Origin: a virus | Reading direction: 5' to 3' (one strand) | IMG/VR virus record: IMGVR_UViG_3300022752_000048 | Coordinates: 1-64,000 of that record | DNA: 64,000 bases | Part shown: one piece after another, positions 9,527 through 19,012 of the stretch | How positions within the stretch are numbered: the stretch's first letter is position 1 | Layout of the letters: every line of letters starts with the position of its first letter | Program-made: the position numbers and the translations under genes | Notes under the pieces: generated by a model | What the model saw: only the letters and a program-made list of their open reading frames with translations | What the model was told of the DNA's origin: nothing | Database searches by the model: none

Positions 9527-10120
9527 TTATTTTTTTTCTAATTTATTAATTCGATTAACTAAATCTTGTATTAAAGCTTCTTTTGCATCTGCCTCAGCCT
9601 TTTCTTTAGCTTTTCGCGCAGCAATTTTAGGTTCGTCTTCCGCACGTTTTTTAGCAAGCTCTGCTTCTTCCGCTGCTACTTTTGCTCTTTGTTCTTCTTC
9701 ATATTTTCTGTGATATTCTTCCATTTCAGATTCTTGCATTTCGCGTATTAATCTTCTTTCCTGCTGGAATCTTTCATTTTCCTGCTCCATTTCTTTTTGT
9801 CTTTTTTTATGAGCAGCTTGTAGTTTGGCGTTTTTTTCTTCCAATTGATTTTTAATATTTTCGATTTTTTCTTGTTCAAAATTTAATAATTGTTGTTCTT
9901 TGTCTTTAATAAATTCTGCAGAACTATCTAACGCAATCAAATACAGTTCATCCCATCTTTCTCGTCTAAGAGATTTTTTAACTCTTTCGACAGCGTCTGG
10001 ATTTGTAATAACAATTTCTTTATGCAATTCTTCACTAACTTTTGCAAATCCTCGATCATCTAAAATATGATGACCATCTTCAGACCAAAGAGGCTCACCT
10101 TTTTTAATGATAATTTTCAT
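9527..10120 (-). CDS. Coiled-coil hypothetical protein
   Basis: 197 aa with a long E/K/R/A-rich heptad region; GGAG SD. Confidence 0.55.
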   Translation of the reverse strand: MKIIIKKGEPLWSEDGHHILDDRGFAKVSEELHKEIVITNPDAVERVKKSLRRERWDELYLIALDSSAEFIKDKEQQLLNFEQEKIENIKNQLEEKNAKLQAAHKKRQKEMEQENERFQQERRLIREMQESEMEEYHRKYEEEQRAKVAAEEAELAKKRAEDEPKIAARKAKEKAEADAKEALIQDLVNRINKLEKK

Positions 10121-10144
10121 AAATACTCCGGTTAAATAAGAATT

Positions 10145-10879
10145 TTATATTTTTATAATATAATTCACATTTGCATTTAAAGGTCTAGTTTCAGATATAG
10201 ACCCACTATTATTAATAGTAACCGATGGCGTTGCTTCGTGAGTATGATTTACTGAACGGCCAGGTGAATCGTGATAATGGTTAGTGTTAATTCCACCAGT
10301 AGAATGCCCATGATTACCAATGCTAGCCCATCCGGAAGTTGTTCCGTGTGTTAATCTACCATTATCATAGTCATATGTCTGGTTTGTGCCAAACATACCA
10401 GCACTGGGGGCGGAACAAAAATGTGCATCAACGCGACCATGGGTGTGTGCTCCGCTTGGATTTACATAATGGCCATGGTCTGCACTAATATAACCAGTAT
10501 TTCCGTGCGTATGGTTTACATTTGGAATGTCCGATGTTGCTGATCGAGTATTGGCATGATCATGTCCGTGTGCGTTATCTTGTACACTTCCAACATTATC
10601 TCCAGTATTACCACCAGGATTTGAAGCCGTTCTGGCAGTTCTGTCTGGATCTCTAGCTATGCCGCCATCTTTACCTCTTAAAAACCTACCTCTCAAGTCT
10701 GGTAAATGGAAAGTGGAAGATCCATCTCCATTGCCCCAAGTTGTCCCAATGGCAGAGAATAAAGTGCTATATAAAGACCTGCTCACTGCAGAGCCATCAC
10801 ACAACAACCATCCAGCAGGAGCGGTCGGTCCTCCGAACGGTATAACAATTCCTGGTGGTAAAGAGTTAAAGTAAGTCAT
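10145..10879 (-). CDS. Tail collar-domain needle protein (triplet copy A)
   Basis: Collar motif PAGWLLCDGSAVSR..Y..LF.AIGT.WG.GDGSSTFHLPDLRGRF, seven HxH motifs, C-terminal ETRPLNANVNYIIKI. Confidence 0.9.
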   Translation of the reverse strand: MTYFNSLPPGIVIPFGGPTAPAGWLLCDGSAVSRSLYSTLFSAIGTTWGNGDGSSTFHLPDLRGRFLRGKDGGIARDPDRTARTASNPGGNTGDNVGSVQDNAHGHDHANTRSATSDIPNVNHTHGNTGYISADHGHYVNPSGAHTHGRVDAHFCSAPSAGMFGTNQTYDYDNGRLTHGTTSGWASIGNHGHSTGGINTNHYHDSPGRSVNHTHEATPSVTINNSGSISETRPLNANVNYIIKI

Positions 10880-11396
10880 ATTTTAATCACATAATTCATA
10901 TTTGCGTTAACTGGTCTTGTTTCGTTTCCGCCGTCTGTATTAATCGATAAGTTAAATGGTATTGTGTGGGTGTGCCACGCAGATACCGTATTTGTACCGT
11001 GATAATGGTTAGCAGAAACTCCGCCTGTTCCATGATCATGCCAGCCTTGAGATTCGGTAGCTTGCCATGTAGAATCTACACTATTGCTCCAATGTCCACC
11101 ATGATTACTGCCTTGGAATCCTCTATTCCATCCATTAAACTCAGAAAAATAAGCATCGTCTGAACCATGGTTATGATCGCCAGTAGGATTGACATAGTGT
11201 CCATGATCTGCGCTAATGTAGCCAGTATTATTATGCGAATGATCTACGCTTTCACCACCAGTAGAAACGCTGGCAGAGTTTGTGTGAGTATGAGAAGAAT
11301 ACGTATGGTCTTGTACACTTCCAACATTATCTCCAGTATTACCACCAGGATTTGAAGCCGTTCTGGCAGTTCTGTCTGGATCTCTAGCTATGCCGC
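10578..11396. repeat. 88-bp exact direct repeat (10578-10665 = 11309-11396)
   Basis: tcttgtacacttcc...ctctagctatgccgc occurs twice at an offset of 731 nt, equal to the gene period of the triplet. Confidence 0.9.
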
Positions 11397-11610
11397 TGTC
11401 TTTGCCACGCTCAAACCTTCCGCGCATATCTGGTAAATGGAAAGTGGAAGATCCATCACCGTTTCCAAAACTTGTTGATATTTTATTGAATAAATTTGCA
11501 TATACCGTTCTGCTAATAATTGAACCGTCACACAACAACCATCCAGCAGGAGCAGTTGTTCCTGCAAATGGCAAAATTGTTCCTGATGGTATTGAATTAA
11601 AAAAAGTCAT
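10876..11610 (-). CDS. Tail collar-domain needle protein (triplet copy B)
   Basis: Collar domain, seven HxH motifs, ETRPVNANMNYVIKI; 244 aa. Confidence 0.9.
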   Translation of the reverse strand: MTFFNSIPSGTILPFAGTTAPAGWLLCDGSIISRTVYANLFNKISTSFGNGDGSSTFHLPDMRGRFERGKDSGIARDPDRTARTASNPGGNTGDNVGSVQDHTYSSHTHTNSASVSTGGESVDHSHNNTGYISADHGHYVNPTGDHNHGSDDAYFSEFNGWNRGFQGSNHGGHWSNSVDSTWQATESQGWHDHGTGGVSANHYHGTNTVSAWHTHTIPFNLSINTDGGNETRPVNANMNYVIKI

Positions 11611-12341
11611 ATTTTAATAATATAGTTTAGGGTTACGTTTTTAGGTCTTGTTTCGTTTCCGCCATTAGCCGTTACCGATACCGAGGTCGTCACTGCATGC
11701 GAATGGCCAGCGCTTCTGCCACCAGTTCCATGTACATGGTTTGAATTAACTCCACCCGTTCCATGATCATGCCAGCCGGCATTACTATAGGTAATCCATC
11801 TATACCACGGTTGATTATCATAATCATTTCCATATCCCTCTCCTCGTAGACTCTGGTTTCCACCATTAGATTCTGCCCAATATGCATCGTTTTGCCAGTG
11901 ATAATGATCACCGTTGCCATTAGCCCAATGGCTATGGTCGTTAGAAACGTATCCAGTGCTGTGATAGTGATCTGCACTTTCGTTGCCAGTAGTGCCGCCA
12001 GACGTAGTTACGCCATGGTTATGGGTTTTATATCCATGGCCTTGCACACTTCCGACGTTATCTCCAGTATTGCCACCAGGATTTGAGGCTGTTCTTGTTG
12101 CGCGGTCGGGATCGCGACCTACTCCCCCATCTCTTCCCCTCAGAAACCGGCCTCTTAAATCTGGTAAGTGAAATGTAGTAGATCCATCTCCATTTCCCCA
12201 AGTCGTACCGATTGCAGCAAATAAATTGGGATAAATTGTTCGACTAATTGCAGAGCCATCACACAACAACCATCCTGATGGTGCTGCAGATTCGGAAGAT
12301 GGCAAAATTGAGCCTGTCGGCACAAAGTTGAATAACGTCAT
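11607..12341 (-). CDS. Tail collar-domain needle protein (triplet copy C)
   Basis: Collar domain, seven HxH motifs, ETRPKNVTLNYIIKI; 244 aa. Confidence 0.9.
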   Translation of the reverse strand: MTLFNFVPTGSILPSSESAAPSGWLLCDGSAISRTIYPNLFAAIGTTWGNGDGSTTFHLPDLRGRFLRGRDGGVGRDPDRATRTASNPGGNTGDNVGSVQGHGYKTHNHGVTTSGGTTGNESADHYHSTGYVSNDHSHWANGNGDHYHWQNDAYWAESNGGNQSLRGEGYGNDYDNQPWYRWITYSNAGWHDHGTGGVNSNHVHGTGGRSAGHSHAVTTSVSVTANGGNETRPKNVTLNYIIKI

Positions 12342-12673
12342 TTAATAAACCAGTTTCCATTAAGTGCCACTAATTCAAATGAAGAATATTGTGGCAAAAT
12401 TTGTGTTAACTGTCCATCAATTGTTTGTGAACCATTACCATCAATAGTTACATTACCAGTATTTATATTTTTAAAGAACAAAACGCAACCGTCTTTTCCG
12501 ACTGCAGAAGGCAAGACGACAGTTATGGCTGTTGCAGAGTTACATGCATAAAGATAATTTACTGGCAAATCAGTTAGAGTTGTACCAGATGTAAGAGTAA
12601 CAACATAGTATTGAAGGTAAAAGTCCTTCATAAATACTGGAGTTGGTTTGAATTTAGATGTATATGTTGCCAT
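12338..12673 (-). CDS. Stand-alone fibre adaptor domain (T4 gp9/gp10-like module)
   Basis: ITVVLPSA...FKNINTGNVTIDGNGSQTIDG...LVALNGNWFI; the same module ends 14995..18144, 23250..25094 and 25613..29317. Confidence 0.55.
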   Translation of the reverse strand: MATYTSKFKPTPVFMKDFYLQYYVVTLTSGTTLTDLPVNYLYACNSATAITVVLPSAVGKDGCVLFFKNINTGNVTIDGNGSQTIDGQLTQILPQYSSFELVALNGNWFIK

Positions 12674-12682
12674 AATAAATCC

Positions 12683-13450
12683 TTAAATTTTAATCAAATA
12701 TCTAACACCAACTGCATCTGGTCTTGTTTCGGCATCGCCAGCCCCTATTGTAATAGCAGGTGCCGCTACTGTGCTAGATGAAACTGTTTGAGCTGCGGCT
12801 GAACCAGTTGATAATGTTTGAGCGGCTGCTGTTGCGGACAATCCGTGAGTATGGTTATATGCAGAAGCACCACTTGAAGCTTCTGCAGTACCATAGCTAG
12901 ATGGAGTTGCAGCACCGCCGTTTCGAATTAAGCCGGTGGTACCATTGGAAAAATCTGCAGTAACTCTGTAAATACCTGCAGTGTGGGTATGATCTATACC
13001 TCCTGAAGTTGCTGAGCCGGAGACACTACTGCTGTTCATTGTTAATGAAATACTGCTGCTGTTCATTGTTAATGCACTAAGATTGCTCGTACCAGAAGTT
13101 GCTGTTAATCCATTTTTAGCAGTTTTGTGTGTTTGAAATTCCGCCAATCCAGTCGCAACACCTTGTGCGTTATTAGCTCCGCCGGAAGATCCTCGTAAAA
13201 ACGAACCCCTTAAATCTGGCAAACGGAATTTTCCCGCTGCTGGGCTTGCATATGTTGCACCAGTTAAAGGATTTTTAGCATTATTCCAAGTAGTTCCAAG
13301 TGCCGCTGATAATGACGGATATGCAGAAATATCAACTTCTGCCCCATTACATTCCAACCAACCTGCCGGCGTTGATGATCCGGCGTATGGCATAATCATT
13401 CCCGCTGGAAAATCGATAATTGTAAGTCCAGAAATTGCACTACTTGACAT
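12683..13450 (-). CDS. Tail collar-domain protein
   Basis: PAGWLECNG...FRLPDLRGSFLRG, two HxH motifs, ETRPDAVGVRYLIKI. Confidence 0.85.
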   Translation of the reverse strand: MSSSAISGLTIIDFPAGMIMPYAGSSTPAGWLECNGAEVDISAYPSLSAALGTTWNNAKNPLTGATYASPAAGKFRLPDLRGSFLRGSSGGANNAQGVATGLAEFQTHKTAKNGLTATSGTSNLSALTMNSSSISLTMNSSSVSGSATSGGIDHTHTAGIYRVTADFSNGTTGLIRNGGAATPSSYGTAEASSGASAYNHTHGLSATAAAQTLSTGSAAAQTVSSSTVAAPAITIGAGDAETRPDAVGVRYLIKI

Positions 13451-13453
13451 TTT

Positions 13454-14257
13454 CTATACCTTGATAATATAGTTAACGTTTATATTTAATGGCCTTGTTT
13501 CATTATCTCCATTACCAACTGTAACAGCTTGTGCTGGTGTTGTCCCTGATGCAGAAAAAGTTGCAGAACCCCCAAAATCCCAAGAGTGGGAATGGTCAAC
13601 ACTTTGACCTCCCGTTCCACCACCATGAGAGTGAGCTCCAGCACCACCCGTTTGAACCTGCGGATATGTGGCAAGGTTATTAGCATCGGAATTATAATCA
13701 AGACGGGTATTATACGGACCTAAACCAGGATTTGCTGTTACGTATTGCTGATGAGTATGATCACCTTCTCCGCTAATTCCATGATAATGGCCGGCTGATA
13801 CGCCACCAGAAGTTCCATTTAATTGATTTTTAAGCCCGTTTACTGTTGTAGTTACTGTTCCCGCTGTTGCAGACAATCCATTTTTAGCGGTAGCGTTTGT
13901 TTGGATACTCCCAACATTATTGCCCGTATTACCTCCAGTCGCAGCTGCGGTTCTAGTCGCTTTATCTGGATCTCGTCCTGCTGTTCCATCTACACCACGC
14001 ATAAATCGACCACGAAAATCTGGTAAATTAAATGTGGTGGAGTTATCGCCATAACCGTGCGATGTGCCAATCGCAGCAAATAAATTTGCGTATGTTGTTC
14101 TACTAATTGCTGAACCGTCGCATAATAGCCAACCTGGTGGCGCAGATGAGCCACCAAATGGCAAAATAACGCCTGATGGCATTAATGCAGAGATTGCGCC
14201 CGCAGCTTGGGACGAAGTTTGGTCTCCTAATGTTGCTAATAATGCTGCGTTTGCCAT
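13454..14257 (-). CDS. Tail collar-domain protein
   Basis: PPGWLLCDGSAISRTTYANLFAAIG...FNLPDFRGRF, four HxH motifs, ETRPLNINVNYIIKV. Confidence 0.88.
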   Translation of the reverse strand: MANAALLATLGDQTSSQAAGAISALMPSGVILPFGGSSAPPGWLLCDGSAISRTTYANLFAAIGTSHGYGDNSTTFNLPDFRGRFMRGVDGTAGRDPDKATRTAAATGGNTGNNVGSIQTNATAKNGLSATAGTVTTTVNGLKNQLNGTSGGVSAGHYHGISGEGDHTHQQYVTANPGLGPYNTRLDYNSDANNLATYPQVQTGGAGAHSHGGGTGGQSVDHSHSWDFGGSATFSASGTTPAQAVTVGNGDNETRPLNINVNYIIKV

Positions 14258-14266
14258 TTGTTCCTC

Positions 14267-14995
14267 TTATAACTTAATAATATAATTAAGAGCTAAAAAT
14301 GCTGGTGTTGTTTCCGTATCACCTGCACCTACAGTAATAGTTTGTGCTGATGCTGTTCCTGAAGACAAAGTTTGAGCAGCTGCTGTGCCTGTGGACAAAG
14401 TTTGCGCTGCGGCTGTCAATGATGGGGTTGCCGAGTGATTGTGAGAAGAACTTGGTAGAGTTGTGGCACCCCAGTTATAAAAATTTCCATCTGACCATCT
14501 ATCGTCAATCACTGTTTTTGCGCCTGAATTAGTGCTGCCTGTTGGACGCATGATTCCGTCCGTTGGAACTGTACTATTTCCTACAGATACGCTACCAGAA
14601 ACAGAACTGCTGTTCATTGTTAATGTTATAGAACTACTATTAAGTGTTAAGGCGCTGATGTTGCTGCTGTTAGCACTTGCCGTTAATCCATTCTTGGCAG
14701 TTTTTTGTCCGCCTTTTGCAGCTAAAGCTCCACCGGCTGGCGTATGTCCTGTCACTCCACCATAATTTGCTGTTCCGTTTGTTCCAGCTCCACGTGGATA
14801 AACACCGCGCATGTCGGGAACATTAAATGTTGTTGAATTATCACCAACTCCATATGTTGTGGAAATAACACCAAATAGTTTTGAATAGGTTGTGCGGCTT
14901 ATAGCACTGCCATCGCATAATGCCCAACCTTCTGGTGCTGCCGAGCCTGCAAACGGTAATACTGTTCCGGTTGGCGCAATGCCTAAAAATGCCAT
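14267..14995 (-). CDS. Tail collar-domain protein
   Basis: PEGWALCDG...FNVPDMRG, one HxH motif, ETTPAFLALNYIIKL. Start probably at MAFLGIAP (14995), overlapping the upstream stop. Confidence 0.85.
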   Translation of the reverse strand: MAFLGIAPTGTVLPFAGSAAPEGWALCDGSAISRTTYSKLFGVISTTYGVGDNSTTFNVPDMRGVYPRGAGTNGTANYGGVTGHTPAGGALAAKGGQKTAKNGLTASANSSNISALTLNSSSITLTMNSSSVSGSVSVGNSTVPTDGIMRPTGSTNSGAKTVIDDRWSDGNFYNWGATTLPSSSHNHSATPSLTAAAQTLSTGTAAAQTLSSGTASAQTITVGAGDTETTPAFLALNYIIKL

Positions 14996-17900
14996 TAGAA
15001 CATCTCCCAAGATGTGCCATTGCTAACTAAATGGCAAGATTCGTTTTGGAATAAGCCAACGGTTAAAGTTCCATCGATAGTTTCCGAACCATTTGCGTCA
15101 ATTGTCAAAACTTGGCCAGCATTTAGCCTACTTTTTACAACAAATATTTTACCGGACACTGTAGATGCTGCCGGCAAATTGATAGTGTATCCCACTGCAC
15201 CTGATGCTGAAACATAATAGTCCGAAGCATTAATTGTGTACGTTCCTGTTACTGCTTTATAATTTGCAACTATATTATTTCCGCCAATTGTTAACGGAAA
15301 GGTTGCGCCAACAGCTGGAGCGTTTAATGCAAAGTTAACGCTGGCATTAACAAATCCTGCAATATTTGGCAGAGTAATTTGTATTAAACCGGCAGCAGTG
15401 ATAGTAACGCTAAATCCAAGCGGCGGAACATCACCCATAGTTTGGTATGAAATGTTATAGTCAGTCCCGGCGCCGTTTTTAGCAAACTGGGCTTGAACAT
15501 AAAAACGATAATCGGTAGTTGCGTCAATAGTTACCCAGCCAGTTAATTCGCCGGCATCGTAAGCAGAGGCCACTTGGATTGTTGTTATTGCATTATTAGA
15601 TAAAGAAATCTGCGTTCTGGCATTAGCGCCACCAACAACTGAACCGCGCATGTTGAAAAATTCAAACGCAGTTGTAGAGCGTGCAACACCAAGAGGTTTA
15701 GATACTTGGCCAACCACTGTAGGATCTGATGTAGTAATTTTACCGGCAGTTGTTGGTGAAAGGAAATATGTTTCTCCAGCAGTTAAAGCGGGCGGTGCAG
15801 AAACAAAAACTTCTGCTGTTAAAGTAGACCCCGACAAAAATGGAGTCCATGAGGTTCCGTTACTACTAGATAATCCCCGGGAATTAGCTGGAATCCCTGC
15901 GGTTTGATTGTCCCAAAACAATCTAAATTGTCCTGCGCCTGATACAACATTATAGACAATAATTCCATAATATCTACCTGCAACAAGGCTGGCGGTTGTT
16001 GTAAAATTTAAAGAAACAATACTGACTACACTCTGAACTAACGTTGAAACATTAAGCGATTGTGTAACTGCAATAGGCGAACCTGTTGGAACACCCGTTC
16101 CGGTTTGATTTGTTAGCTCGTAAATTTGAACAACAGCAGTTCCGGTTATAGCTCCTGCAATTGCTTGGCACCTTAAATTAATTGAACTTGCATTGCCACC
16201 TACTGATGTTACAAAGGTAGAACCTGAATAAGTAGATGCTTGTCCAACCGTCCATGGATTTGTAAATGCATAGCCAGAAACAGCACTTCCGGCGCCTTCA
16301 ATTAAATTCGCTCCAACTGAGGCAACTTCGCCGCTTAAACAAATTAAGAATGTATTTGTGTCTACGATTTTGTATATTAATCCAGCCACTTCGGCTGTAT
16401 TTGTGGCATTGGCAATTGCATATGTATATGTAGATCCGTTTAAATATAACGGTCTACCAATATCTGCAGTGGTGAATCCATGTGAATTTTGAGTAACTTC
16501 TACAATTGTGTTGGTGGCCTCTGCCCATCGCAGTGTACCTGAACCATTTGTAATTAATGCTTGGCCATTTGTTCCATCTGCTGACGGCAATGTCCATGTA
16601 ACATTTGCGGCGATAGAATCTGCAGCTTTAAACGCAACTGAGTTTGTACCATTTGCTGCCAGCTCTCTAAATCTAAGCTCGCCACCATTTCCTGTTAATG
16701 TTCCGGTAGGACCAAGAATCAAAGAGGTTTCCGCAATACCGGGAAATCTATAAAGATGGCCAGAATCGCCTAGTACAAATTGATTATTAGCTGTAGCGTA
16801 AGAACCACCACCGGCTGCTGTTTTTCCGATGGTAACTGTACCGCTTAAAACAGAACCTGGAGTTAATGCTCCACCTGTATTGATGCAGACGTTGTTATTA
16901 CTATAACCGCCTAATAAAAGACCGGCACCAGAACCAATTGCAACGTTGCCAAATCCATCTGTAACGTTTCTTAAAGAAAAATAACCAACCGCAGTATTAT
17001 CTGTTCCGGTTGTCATTAATTCGGAAGATTGGTTACCAACCGCTGTATTGCTGTAGCCACTAGTAACAAGCCGCATCGAGCGCCAGCCGATTGCGGTATT
17101 GTCGGCTCCATCAGTAAGAGTGATAAGTGAGTTATAACCAACTGCTGTATTGTTTGATCCGGTTGTTAATGCAGTTAATGCATTAGTACCAAATGCTGTG
17201 TTTTGTACACCCAAAGTTACTGAATCTAACGATGCAACACCGATAGCTGTATTGTTTGTGCCAGTCATTGATGCATTAAACGCACCGGTCTCAAATGTTG
17301 ATCCAGTAGTAGGGTGTGCAATATCACCAATTTTCTTTTCAACTGCGGCAGAGCTTAGATAGTAAAGCGAGCCATCGGATTTAAAATAAATTCGTGTGTA
17401 GCCGGAAAGCGGAGACGAGGGTGTTACCGATTCATTTAAAAAATCAAAATATGCGGTGCCCGCAACGCCTGTGCCTTTTAATGTAAGAAAAGTGAATGCA
17501 CCAGAGCTTGCAGTGGTTGCACCAATCGAAGATGAGTTGATAGTTTTATTTGTTAAGTTTTCTGCACCGGCTAGAGTAGCTAATGTGCCAGAGGTGGGCA
17601 GAGTTAGACTTGTTGAAGCGGTTGTCGTTAATGTTATGTTATTAGAGCCATAACTGAATAAACCCGTATTGCTAGCGCCTGTACCACCTCTTGTCGGCGA
17701 TAGTTGGGCTTCACTTGTTAACGTATTAGTATTACTCCAATATGCAACATAATTAGACGTTCCTGTCCCTAACGTAACAGAGCCGTCTGCATTTGGAATA
17801 GTTAATGTTCTGGAAGTATTTCCGCTAATACCAGATAGTTGAAAATATAATTTTTTAGTCGGATCAGTTTCATCTGCAAAATAAACAGTGCTGTCTTGTA

Positions 17901-18144
17901 GAGCTGTAGATGTTAATGTTCCGCCTGTACCGGTTGTTAATGTTGGCGCCCATGCAGATGCGCCCGCGCCGTATTTAACGTAAAGCGTGCCGTTTGATCT
18001 TAAATATAAGGAGCCAAGCGGAGAGCTTAGTGACAACGTTGTAGGATCTGCAGATCCAGTTTCAATATACGCGGCTTCGCCAAGTTTTAACTTAGATTTT
18101 AACGCCTTGACATAATCGCCATTAAATATAACAGCGCCGCTCAT
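14995..18144 (-). CDS. Long tail fibre / branching fibre protein (1049 aa)
   Basis: NTAIG/NTAVG beta-roll repeats, VTWTLPSADGTNGQAL.TNGSGTL.W motif, C-terminal gp10-like module; N-terminus shared with 23250..25094. Confidence 0.8.
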   Translation of the reverse strand: MSGAVIFNGDYVKALKSKLKLGEAAYIETGSADPTTLSLSSPLGSLYLRSNGTLYVKYGAGASAWAPTLTTGTGGTLTSTALQDSTVYFADETDPTKKLYFQLSGISGNTSRTLTIPNADGSVTLGTGTSNYVAYWSNTNTLTSEAQLSPTRGGTGASNTGLFSYGSNNITLTTTASTSLTLPTSGTLATLAGAENLTNKTINSSSIGATTASSGAFTFLTLKGTGVAGTAYFDFLNESVTPSSPLSGYTRIYFKSDGSLYYLSSAAVEKKIGDIAHPTTGSTFETGAFNASMTGTNNTAIGVASLDSVTLGVQNTAFGTNALTALTTGSNNTAVGYNSLITLTDGADNTAIGWRSMRLVTSGYSNTAVGNQSSELMTTGTDNTAVGYFSLRNVTDGFGNVAIGSGAGLLLGGYSNNNVCINTGGALTPGSVLSGTVTIGKTAAGGGSYATANNQFVLGDSGHLYRFPGIAETSLILGPTGTLTGNGGELRFRELAANGTNSVAFKAADSIAANVTWTLPSADGTNGQALITNGSGTLRWAEATNTIVEVTQNSHGFTTADIGRPLYLNGSTYTYAIANATNTAEVAGLIYKIVDTNTFLICLSGEVASVGANLIEGAGSAVSGYAFTNPWTVGQASTYSGSTFVTSVGGNASSINLRCQAIAGAITGTAVVQIYELTNQTGTGVPTGSPIAVTQSLNVSTLVQSVVSIVSLNFTTTASLVAGRYYGIIVYNVVSGAGQFRLFWDNQTAGIPANSRGLSSSNGTSWTPFLSGSTLTAEVFVSAPPALTAGETYFLSPTTAGKITTSDPTVVGQVSKPLGVARSTTAFEFFNMRGSVVGGANARTQISLSNNAITTIQVASAYDAGELTGWVTIDATTDYRFYVQAQFAKNGAGTDYNISYQTMGDVPPLGFSVTITAAGLIQITLPNIAGFVNASVNFALNAPAVGATFPLTIGGNNIVANYKAVTGTYTINASDYYVSASGAVGYTINLPAASTVSGKIFVVKSRLNAGQVLTIDANGSETIDGTLTVGLFQNESCHLVSNGTSWEMF

Positions 18145-18171
18145 AATGATTGCCCTTAGTTATTTTTAAAG

Positions 18172-18206
18172 TGGCTTTCGCCAGTAATTGCTATTAAATT
18201 GTAGCA
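18172..18206 (-). promoter_or_regulatory. Extended -10 (TGCTACAAT) plus leader hairpin TGGC-GAAA-GCCA
   Basis: Conserved with identical spacing at 25165-25199 upstream of the paralogous fibre gene. Confidence 0.6.
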
Positions 18207-18210
18207 CACG

Positions 18211-18447
18211 TTATGTGGCTATGTGCACCCATCCATTTTGGATCGCAAGATCGACCATAGCTTCTTTTGATTGTGGAATTTGCATTGATTGTTCTAGACA
18301 TTTAGAAACACAGATTTGAACAATTTCGTCAATTGCAATACGCGCCCTATTTTTAATTGCATTATCTGCCCATTCCTGTGGAGATGCGCAAACCGTTTGT
18401 AACGCCTTTTGTTCAGTTTCTGTGATCTCAATTGTAATATTTGGCAT
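18211..18447 (-). CDS. Small fibre-associated protein
   Basis: 78 aa, EWADNAIKNRARIAIDEIV; follows the C1q-like gene. Confidence 0.55.
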   Translation of the reverse strand: MPNITIEITETEQKALQTVCASPQEWADNAIKNRARIAIDEIVQICVSKCLEQSMQIPQSKEAMVDLAIQNGWVHIAT

Positions 18448-18453
18448 ATTATT

Positions 18454-19002
18454 TTATCCTAAAAAAGTTATTGATACTAGTAAGTTTGCAGAACTATCTG
18501 GGTAAGAAGATACTGGTCTATATACGTCTGGTTCTAAATAATCATTTTGCGCTAAATACAAAATTTGCGAAATAGTATATGCTTCTTCACTGAAATCGGG
18601 TCGTCTTAAATCTAAAATTTCACTTCCGGGGACAATTGGATTATTTGTTGAAAATGATCCATACATACTTATTAATAAAGTTTGAGCAGACGATACAGAA
18701 ATTGCTGAAATATTTACTAAATACATTCCTGAATATGGAGCTGTAAATCTTACGACATTTCCAGTAACACCGGCAGCTGGTGAAGTATAAGTAGATGCGT
18801 TGTTTCCGATATTGCGAAAAATTGTTACGGTCCTAGATAATGAACAGGTAGTTTTCCATGTTGCTGTTGGACGATTTGGGGTTAATATCTGTCCATTAAA
18901 TGTTTTATCGCCCCCAAAAGTTTGTGCTCCAGTTCCAACCAATCCTGATTGTGTATCCGTTGCAAGTCCCGTCAATTGTTGGCTAATTATTGATGATGGC
19001 AT
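18454..19002 (-). CDS. C1q/TNF-like head-domain protein
   Basis: RFTAPYSGMYLVN...ILYLAQNDYLE...SITFLG; N-terminal GLVGTGAQTFGGDKTF fibre motif. Confidence 0.6.
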   Translation of the reverse strand: MPSSIISQQLTGLATDTQSGLVGTGAQTFGGDKTFNGQILTPNRPTATWKTTCSLSRTVTIFRNIGNNASTYTSPAAGVTGNVVRFTAPYSGMYLVNISAISVSSAQTLLISMYGSFSTNNPIVPGSEILDLRRPDFSEEAYTISQILYLAQNDYLEPDVYRPVSSYPDSSANLLVSITFLG

Positions 19003-19012
19003 AAATTAATTC

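Noticed and set aside
10145-15010. Diversity-generating retroelement or invertase shufflon for the collar array
   Set aside because: No reverse transcriptase or site-specific recombinase in the window, no adenine-specific TR/VR pair, all cassettes are complete co-oriented genes, and no inverted crossover sites were seen.
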